Assembly: GCA_040285855.1 (NCBI GenBank)
Contig: JAUFOQ010000016.1
Location: forward strand, 3,348,001-3,412,000
Source: Eukaryota sp. GEM-RC1
Lineage: Eukaryota
Direction of reading: 5' to 3'
Length of the DNA: 64,000 bases
Shown here piece after piece: positions 54,700-64,000 of the stretch (the stretch's first letter is position 1; each line of letters opens with the position of its first letter). Under the pieces are notes generated by a model. It searched no databases. It saw only the letters and a list, made by a program, of their open reading frames with translations, and was not told the DNA's origin. A program made the translations under genes and the position numbers.

Positions 54700-55932
54700 T
54701 TCCTCACGATTAACGTTCTTTAAACAGCGGGGATTTTCATAACGACCATGTACAATGGTAACTTAAATGTGCTGGTCATATTACAACACAATACCAATGT
54801 CAACCGGTCCTTGGCTGTCTTATGACCTTCAATTTTCTTGTTGGCATTGGTACGGCTTGGCTGCATCCGGTAGTACAATCCAGTTTCATCAAGATTGAAT
54901 ACAAATTCAGCATCAAACCCTTCTAATTTATCGTCAATGTTCTGTAAAAAGCTTGACACTGCCGGTTTGTCACGTGAAGCAGCTTCACCGCTCAGTCGCA
55001 GAGAGCGAATGTTGTATCGATTTTTGAATTTGTATAACCAACCCCCATCCAACACAATTTCATTATCAGAAATTTGAAAAACTGTTCTAAAGGTCTTTGC
55101 TTTGGTCGTTATGACTTCGTCAGTCATCACAATCCAGGTCCTGGTATGCCAAGAACCATTCATAGACGGCAGCATCGAACGCTGGAAATTTGACGGGTTT
55201 AATCCGTTTTGCATTACCGTTTAGAGACATGTGAGTCGCGTCATGAAGGGTTTCGGACTTCGATAAGATTCTCCCAACAGTTGTTCGATGAATCTTTAGG
55301 CCATAGGTGTTAAGAACCCACTGTATTAGCATTTGGGTGGTTCGTTTGGGCATTTGAGAGGCCTGATAGCAAACAAAACGTTTCTGGTGATAGGTCAAGG
55401 TGGTTTTCTTGGACATTAGGAAGAAGTGAGACGCAGGCAAAATTGTTTTTAAGGAAAACTGCCACTGCTACTCCTCAAATATCTTGTGGATTACAGATAT
55501 GACTCAAAACAGTAGTTATAGACATGATTTATTGATTGCATGAAAGATAGGTTAGAGAACGACGATACTATACGGATTCTACAGAAGAGTGTCAGGATTA
55601 CTAGAAGCTGATAGGTTAAGCGCATCAAGTAAGGAGAGATGCGATGATGAGACAACAAGAGCCTGCAGGAAGATGACGATATCGATATTCCATGAGAATC
55701 TTCCATGTTTTAAAGCAACTGACAGATAGGAAAGATCATTATGAGTAAGATTCTAGGAGGTCAAGAGAGGACACATGGTTTCACGAACTTATGTACACTA
55801 TGAGAACTAACAACTCACTTATTTGTAGACATAGGGACTTTATAAGGCCTCAGGCACAGTTATAAGAAACAAACAGTGTTAAAATATTGGGGGTGTGCAC
55901 TTATGGGGTGTGCATTTATAGAGAGTTGACTG
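54306..55932 (-). mobile_element. pogo-like transposon, one end deleted
   Basis: Only the TIR ending at 55932 remains, followed by half LTR 55935-56036. Confidence 0.92.
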
Positions 55933-57003
55933 TAGATATCTTCACCTCTGATGACGTGGCATCTATTCTTAAGGATCTCTAGCAACAATAAACACTTCTT
56001 CTTTCCATTTGTATCAACGTTGACCTTACGGCAACACAAACATCCTAAAAAGGCACCTTCACGCATATAACGAGCTTTGGAAAACCAATTCCACCAAATC
56101 TCACAGCAGCAAATGAATGACGATGAATGGAAAGTTTTTTCGACTCTACCAGCTCTGACAAAAACTCTGTTTTCAGAGCGTTAAAACGACGAGAAAGGTC
56201 TACCGTAAGCTCAGGAGGTAACCCACGTAAAAAATGATTGACTTTACCTGCAAAACAAACTTGCGATGTTTGCAAAAAAAGGGCATTTAAGGATGCTAAC
56301 AATGAAGTGTCTCCACTTGATTTTTTCAGAACAATACAAGAGAAACAAATATCATGTTCCCTTGACTACTCTCAAACATTCTAGAAATGTTGAGTACGAA
56401 TTATGTCCTTTGCCATTTCAATTTATGATCGACTTGGTAAAGAAGCTCTTTGTTTTCTCTGATGTTGAGATAGTTGTAAAAAAGAATGAACAAGAAATTT
56501 GACTTTAAGTTTTGCTTGACTTGTATTGTTCATCAAAGGATTTGGCTTACATCTAGATTGAAGAGGTTTCCTTGATTGCACTTTTTGAGACTATACGAGC
56601 AATTTCTGCAGAAGCTGCCACTTTGAATGAAGAGATTGGTTTAAATCTAAATATTGAAAAGAACGGATTTATGTGCGGAGAAAAACACATAATAAGATAC
56701 AAATAAATCAACACTATTAAAACAAATTATCAAACGAACTACCTAATTCCGAAAAGTAGTTGCCTCGAAACAACTTGGACAAAATGGAATCAACATATCT
56801 ATACATAGACTTAAAAATCGAACCGAAATTTCCAATGAAACTGCAAAAGGCTGAAAGACGATATTATTGTGTCTTCGTGAATTCAATGCAGCAACTTGAT
56901 GTCCGTACTTAGACACTTTGGCGTTCTCAGCGTCTTTCAGCGGATCATTTGAGGGATTCAAAATGTTGGCAATAGCTGAAGCTTTGCAAGGATCAACAGA
57001 AAT

Positions 57004-59522
57004 CTCCATTCTCATAGACCCGAGCGAACCCGATTCTCTAATCCCTACTAAGAAATGTTGGGAAATCGTTCAAGATGTTCGCACTGCTCATTTATTCACA
57101 AAGAATCATTCCCAAGGAATTCTACATCCGAACCCAGTCACCTCTCTGTCTTCCAAAGACCCCGAGAGCTCCACAACGGCAATCGAAGACGTGGTCATTC
57201 AACCCACTGCCCTCAAACACCGAGCTCGAGTTGAACATGGAGCAGAACTCGCTCGTAGAGCGCAATCAAATCCGATCCCTAAAATGAAGGACGTTTCCAA
57301 ACCCTCATTTCCTGCCGATCAATAATTTCCCAATCCGCATCACGATGCTCTCTCTATGACAGATCTCGCCGAGACTTTCAGCTCATCGTCTATATCGAAT
57401 TCATCTGGCACCCCGTCTCCCATGGCCATGTCAGCTTCCAATCCGGTAGAGGAATCCCCCGAACCATTATCGCACTCAGTGGTGACGGTTCAGCAGAAGT
57501 TCCCTGTTGATTCGTTAAAGAACTCGAAATTGCAACCAAAAATGTTAGAGAACTTGAAACCAGAGTCGATAATCGATTTCGTAACCGATTACCTTCAATG
57601 GAGTATTATGGATCCGAGCCATAAAGCCCCTATTGGAGCCCCTTTCGGTTGGTCTCGTCACTTTTTTGACTTGGTACGAACTGCAGCTCGGACAGCTGAC
57701 CCTTCATACGTGCAACGTTTCGTCAAATTCAACATCCAGACCCAACTGTCGATGTCACGTGAATGGAACGGCACTACTCCTCTTCAACTTTGGATTGCGT
57801 TGCTCAAACGTACGCAGTATACAGACGTAACTGTTGCGCTCAATGAGCTGAACAAAATCAAAATGAAATGGTCAATCAACGACCCTGAGGAAAGATGGGG
57901 CGATTACATCAACAGATTACATCGCGTTCTTTAAAGAACACAACCTATCTTACCCAAGAACGAAAAAGTTATGACTGCTTTATCAGACAAAGCCATAATC
58001 AAAGCCATCCTGGCTAATCTTGGAATAGTTTCCATTTGGCTCGAACTCTGGCCAGTATATCAGGACTACAATGATATCCAAATGCATTTCTTCCAAGTGA
58101 AGCAACAAAACGACAATTGGTGCGACCGATGGAAATCGTCAGCAGCATCTGTTCAAAATGGACAGCGTATTGCCGAGATCGCCAACCTCAGAGATACAGC
58201 CACCTGGGTAGAACTCCCCAAATCCTGGACCTCTCGACCTCTCATCCCTGTTCAATCAAAATCCCGAGGAGCCTCTTCTAGTGTGAAACCCATGAAGAAG
58301 ACCCGTTCTGAAGAAAAAGACCTTGACGCCTGTAGATTTTGTGGCGAAAAGGGCCATTCCATCCTCCAATGTCCGGATCCCGAATGCAAACGCAGTGAGC
58401 GTCCCCTAGATCAACGAAAGGCCAAGAGTACCGCCTCAAAACCATCTCGTAGTCATAGTAAGAAACACTCGTCCCATAAAAAAATCTAAATATTTCAATG
58501 CACAATCAGCACATATAAACACCCTTGTAGATATATCTGATAACACCACATTATTTATTCAATCAAATTCCATTTTGATCGAAACCAATCAATTCTTAAA
58601 CCCATTGAGCAACATCAGTTCTGCCAATGGTAATACGAACTCACAAAGCCTGAATTCCATATTCAGCATAAGTAGTCAGAACCCACTCCCTCTTCTCAGC
58701 TGCAAACTGATGATTAACGGAATTCCGGTTCAAGGTTTTTAGGACAGTGGAGCAACCATGTCCGTAATCACACAAGACCCGGCTACGAAGCGTAACATGA
58801 CGCCTGTCAACAAAAATGTTCGCTTCACATCCGCAAACAATGTTGAGTCCCGGTCCTTGGGTAGCGCCCAGGGCATCTTGACCTTCGATACCAGTAGCAT
58901 CGCGTACCTGACACATGTGGATAAGGCATTACCAATAATACCTGTATCCAACAAACTATTATTGGGAATTGATCTGATGAAACAGTTAGGACTACTGACC
59001 GAAGACGGACTAGTCATCCCGATTGACAATGCCATCCTGGCCACCGTGAACGATGAGTCCGAGTTCGACTCACGCATCATACAACCTTTCCACAGCCCCT
59101 CTATCATTAACGTAGACTTTAATAAACATGTTTTTGATTCCGGTTATACAATACTTTTAGACGATGACACCAGAGCCGAGAGCTTATTGAACCTGTTTCA
59201 GAAGTTTTCTTCAATATTCTTAACAGCTCCTCACAAAGATTGCATCGATTGTCCTCCCATGGCGATCGACTTCTACAACGAGGAGTCCACTGTGAGACGG
59301 AAACCTCGACGGCTCAATCCAATGAAACAGCAGATTGCCGAAGAGATTTTCGATGAACTTGTCCGTCAGGACCTTGCTGAGTTAACAACTCCCAATGGAC
59401 AGTTCAGTTCACCGGTAGTACTGGTGGTCTATCCCGATCAACGTAAGCCCCGCCTTACGGGTGACTTCAGTGGTTCCGATGGAATTAACGCATTGACCCG
59501 AGTTGTCGAACCGAATCTTCCA
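57004..59522 (+). mobile_element. Ty3/Gypsy fragment (gag, protease, RT start)
   Basis: CRFCGEKGHSILQC knuckle; F*DSGAT protease site; LLGIDLM; SSPVVLV; fused to backbone at the 3' end. Confidence 0.88.
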
Positions 59523-59964
59523 ATTCTAAAAGTAATAGACAACAACACTACAGTGTAAGTTCTTGAAATTAAAAACACTTAAAGTTCTTCATGCTCTAAA
59601 TTTGCTATTCTGGTTTTAATCAATGTGAAGGACAGATGTTCAGTTGCTTTGATTAACCAAATCCGACAGATTTATGAATTGTTGTCCAAAGATCTTCAAT
59701 GGATCACAACATTTTAGGACTTGCATTCATGATGCTGTCATAGATCAAATTCGTGCAATGTGTAAGTCCCACAAAATCGAATCTTTGAAATCAATAATTC
59801 AAAAATAGTGATTCTGATAACAGTTTTGGTAAAGAACGGCTGATGTCATGATTCCATCAGTCAATGATGAACTAACGGCTGTTGATACGATTACTGTGGA
59901 TGTTTGCAAAAAAAGGCATTTAAGAATGCTAACAATGAAGTGTCTCCACTAGATTTTTCAGAAC
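59523..59964 (+). repeat. Backbone fragment between Ty3 copies
   Basis: Matches 26920-27351. Confidence 0.88.
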
Positions 59965-62900
59965 TGTTAGTACTGGTACAGTACCCTTAAAATAAATTTA
60001 CTTTACCATCTCCCATGTCTACAGACAACAATAATTATTGTGTCACCTGTAGTGCTGCGCCTTGCTACAGAGTGCCCCCTCACTCACCAAGGTCCCAGGA
60101 CCCCACAATGAGCCGTTTCTTCTCGGAAGGTCCCGCCCTCCAAGGAACAGCTACATCCCTTTTAGAAGGTTCCGCCCTTCAAAGTCCCTCTTCTGTTGAA
60201 GGTTCCGCCCTTCCAGATCCATCCATTTCAGAAGGTTCCGCCCTTCAAGGTTTGACTTCTCCAGAAGGTTCCATCCTTCAGGATACAGTTTCCGCGTCAG
60301 GTTCCGCCCTGCAGAATTCTGTCTCTGCAACTTCCCCTTATCCCAGAGGAGGTTCAGAGAACAGCTCCTCCGGTGATTATAACTGTCGAGGATTCACCTT
60401 CCGCTGTATCTTCTGCACAGACAGGTAGTCGGAGTAGCACACCTCCCACGGTCACTATCATCGAAGATTCACCTCCCGCGACAACAAGTCCATCCTTTGA
60501 AAGGATAAGGTCCCTGTTCAGTTCGAAACCAAAAGCTAAGAACACCCCTTTTCCTTCCCTGAATATTGAGGAGACAATCACTCCCTCCGTCACTCCCTTG
60601 GTATCACCAAGAGGATTTACATTCCCGGAACGAGGCTCAGTTCCCCTTCCACCCATAAAGTCTTTGCGCAAAGCCACTCGTAAGAGTGATTCCAAAAAGT
60701 CTCAGGTGGGTCACACCCCTAATCCAAAGACGTCTGAACCGCCAGTAACGGATCCCAATCCAACTCGTGGTCATAGAGCAGCTCATCAACCAGTCACTTC
60801 CTCCGGGGATCCTGATTTGGAAGATTTAGTTCCTTATGACGTCCCTGAAGATGAAGAGTTTAGACAGCCGCCTCCTGTAGGCCCAGCTGACCATTCTTAA
60901 CCCCCCGCCGTCAAGGCCTACTGGACCGGAGTTCCATCCTCCACCCATAATTCCCGTACAAGGGTTTATTCCAGTTACATCCTCTATGACGGGTTCGTCT
61001 GAATTATTCCAGGCCCCGCCTGCTCCTTACCAACAAGGGTTAACTGAAGTCGAACTAAAAAAAGCCGATCGCAGAATGTTGCAAGTCGGACGACAACAGG
61101 CTTATGATTTTCTATATGGTAGAAGACCGATTTTTGAGACCCCAAATCTTAGAAAGCGATTCTCTAGACCATCCCTGGCTGCCATAAGAGTCATTCGTCA
61201 TATGTTCAATGACGAGGTTCCACCCCTTGAAGGAACATTCACGATCCTGGATGATCAGCGCAGACCCCACTCCATTCTCATAGACCCGAGCGAACCCGAT
61301 TCTCTAATCCCTACTAAGAAATGTTGGGAAATCGTTCAAGATGTTCGCACTGCTCATTTATTCACAAAGAATCCTTCCCAAGGAATTCTACATCCGAACC
61401 CAGTCACCTCTCTGTCTTCCAAAGACCCCGAGAGCTCCACAACGGCAATCGAAGACGTGGTCATTCAACCCACTGCCCTCAAACACCGAGCTCGAGTTGA
61501 ACATGGAGCAGAACTCGCTCGTAGAGCGCAATCAAATCCGATCCCTAAAATGAAGGACGTTTCCAAACCCTCATTTCCTGCCGATCAATAATTTCCCAAT
61601 CCGCATCACGATGCTCTCTCTATGACAGATCTCGCCGAGACTTTCAGCTCATCGTCTATATCGAATTCATCTGGCACCCCGTCTCCCATGGCCATGTCAG
61701 CTTCCAATCCGGTAGAGGAATCCCCCGAACCATTATCGCACTCAGTGGTGACGGTTCAGCAGAAGTTCCCTGTTGATTCGTTAAAGAACTCGAAATTGCA
61801 ACCAAAAATGCTAGAGAACTTGAAACCAGAGTCGATAATCGATTTCGTAACCGATTACCTTCAATGGAGTATTATGGATCCGAACCATAAAGCCCCTATT
61901 GGAGCCCCTTTCGGTTGGTCTCGTCACTTTTTTGACTTGGTACGAACTGCAGCTCGGACAGCTGACCCTTCATACGTGCAACGTTTCGTCAAATTCAACA
62001 TCCAGACCCAACTGTCGATGTCACGTGAATGGAACGGCACTACTCCTCTTCAACTTTGGATTGCGTTGCTCAAACGTACGCAGAATACAGACGTAACTGT
62101 TGCGCTCAATGAGCTGAACAAAATCAAAATGAAATGGTCAATCAACGACCCTGAGGAAAGATGGGGCGATTACATCAACAGATTACATCGCGTTCTTTAA
62201 AGAACACAACCTATCTTACCCAAGAACGAAAAAGTTATGACTGCTTTATCAGACAAAGCCATAATCAAAGCCATCCTGGCTAATCTTGGAATAGTTTCCA
62301 TTTGGCTCGAACTCTGGCCAGTATATCAGGACTACAATGATATCCAAATGCATTTCTTCCAAGTGAAGCAACAAAACGACAATTGGTGCGACCGATGGAA
62401 ATCGTCAGCAGCATCTGTTCAAAATGGACAGCGTATTGCCGAGATCGCCAACCTCAGAGATACAGCCACCTGGGTAGAACTCCCCAAATCCTGGACCTCT
62501 CGACCTCTCATCCCTGTTCAATCAAAATCCCGAGGAGCCTCTTCTAGTGTGAAACCCATGAAGAAGACCCGTTCTGAAGAAAAAGACCTTGACGCCTGTA
62601 GATTTTGTGGCGAAAGGGCCATTCCATCCTCCAATGTCCGGATCCCGAATGCAAACGCAGTGAGCGTCCCCTAGATCAACGAAAGGCCAAGAGTACCGCC
62701 TCAAAACCATCTCGTAGTCATAGTAAGAAACACTCGTCCCATAAAAAATCTAAATATTTCAATGCACAATCAGCACATATAAACACCCTTGTAGATATAT
62801 CTGATAACACCACATTATTTATTCAATCAAATTCCATTTTGATCGAAACCAATCAATTCTTAAACCCATTGAGCAACATCAGTTCTGCCAATGGTAATAC

Positions 62901-63786
62901 GAACTCACAAAGCCTGAATTCCATATTCAGCATAAGTAGTCAGAACCCACTCCCTCTTCTCAGCTGCAAACTGATGATTAACGGAATTCCGGTTCAAGGT
63001 TTTTAGGACAGTGGAGCAACCATGTCCGTAATCACACAAGACCCGGCTACGAAGCGTAACATGACGCCTGTCAACAAAAATGTTCGCTTCACATCCGCAA
63101 ACAATGTTGAGTCCCGGTCCTTGGGTAGCGCCCAGGGCATCTTGACCTTCGATACCAGTAGCATCGCGTACCTGACACATGTGGATAAGGCATTACCAAT
63201 AATACCTGGATCCAACAAACTATTATTGGGAATTGATCTGATGAAACAGTTAGGACTACTGACCGAAGACGGACTAGTCATCCCGATTGACAATGCCATC
63301 CTGGCCACCGTGAACGATGAGTCCGAGTTCGACTCACGCATCATACAACCTTTCCACAGCCCCTCTATCATTAACGTAGACTTTAATAAACATGTTTTTG
63401 ATTCCGGTTATACAATACTTTTAGACGATGACACCAGAGCCGAGAGCTTATTGAACCTGTTTCAGAAGTTTTCTTCAATATTCTTAACAGCTCCTCACAA
63501 AGATTGCATCGATTGTCCTCCCATGGCGATCGACTTCTACAACGAGGAGTCCACTGTGAGACGGAAACCTCGACGGCTCAATCCAATGAAACAGCAGATT
63601 GCCGAAGAGATTTTCGATGAACTTGTCCGTCAGGACCTTGCTGAGTTAACAACTCCCAATGGACAGTTCAGTTCACCGGTAGTACTGGTGGTCTATCCCG
63701 ATCAACGTAAGCCCCGCCTTACGGGTGACTTCAGTGGTTCCGATGGAATTAACGCATTGACCCGAGTTGTCGAACCGAATCTTCCA
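59965..63786 (+). mobile_element. Ty3/Gypsy LTR retrotransposon, 5' end present, truncated inside RT
   Basis: Begins TGTTAG at a sharp break in the backbone; long Ser/Pro-rich gag, CCHC knuckle, DSGA protease, first RT motifs; no YxDD, RNase H, integrase or 3' LTR. Confidence 0.85.
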
Positions 63787-63822
63787 ATTCTAAAAGTAAT
63801 AGACAACAACACTACAGTGTAA
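60015..63822 (+). pseudogene. Ty3 gag-pro-RT polyprotein pseudogene
   Basis: Seven consecutive ORFs separated by in-frame stops or 1-nt indels; last ~11 codons come from the backbone. Confidence 0.83.
60126..60314 (+). repeat. Six GAAGGTTCCGCCCTTCAA-like motifs at ~33-bp period (EGSALQ peptide repeat)
   Basis: In frame within ORF 60015-60428. Confidence 0.85.
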
Positions 63823-64000
63823 GTTCTTGAAATTAAAAACACTTAAAGTTCTTCATGCTCTAAATTTGCTATTCTGGTTTTAATCAATGTGAAGGACAGA
63901 TGTTCAGTTGCTTTGATTAACCAAATTCGACAGATTTATGAATTGTTGTCCAAAGATCTTCAATGGATCACAACATTTTAGGACTTGCATTCATGATGCT
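63787..64000 (+). repeat. Backbone fragment (to window edge)
   Basis: Matches 59523-59737. Confidence 0.88.

Larger units (their letters stand above)
37997..56999. repeat. Second tandem array of the ~5.02-kb unit: 3 complete, 1 internally deleted, 1 stub
   Basis: Non-LTR spans 38394-43016, 43414-48033, 48432-53051, 53449-56264, 56662-56999. Confidence 0.93.

Noticed and set aside
58470..58500. Programmed gag-pol frameshift at the A-run
   Set aside because: The copy at ~62742 has one less A and reads through in frame; likely homopolymer error or mutation
60126..60314. CRISPR-like pattern of 18-nt repeats with unique 15-21 nt spacers
   Set aside because: Period is a multiple of 3 within an ORF, several changes are synonymous, spacers are too short, no cas genes, eukaryotic TE context

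Overview
This is a eukaryotic, fully repetitive 64-kb window. I found no host genes, RNA genes or CRISPR arrays. The scaffold is a ~0.9-0.97 kb tandem unit, always + strand, that looks like a decayed non-LTR (CRE-like) reverse-transcriptase core. At least six mobile-element families sit in it. (i) A ~2.4 kb hAT transposon: 4 copies, 13-bp TIR, 8-bp TSD, GAGTCT subterminal arrays. (ii) One 487-bp GG-ended TIR element with an 8-bp TSD. (iii) A three-level nest amplified as a ~5.02 kb tandem unit (~7 complete and several broken copies): an antisense 5'-truncated RLE-type non-LTR retrotransposon contains a ~1.09 kb gag-only LTR element, whose 3' LTR contains a 2.26 kb pogo/Tigger-like transposon. 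(iv) A 3'-truncated Ty3/Gypsy gag-pro-RT element with ~4.27 kb spacing between copies. Almost all ORFs carry shared inactivating lesions, so copy number came from segmental tandem amplification rather than transposition. Unit-to-unit chimeric junctions show microhomology or locally templated filler DNA. One junction creates an in-frame DDE-RLE fusion ORF. Family assignments rest on motifs read by eye, with no database search.
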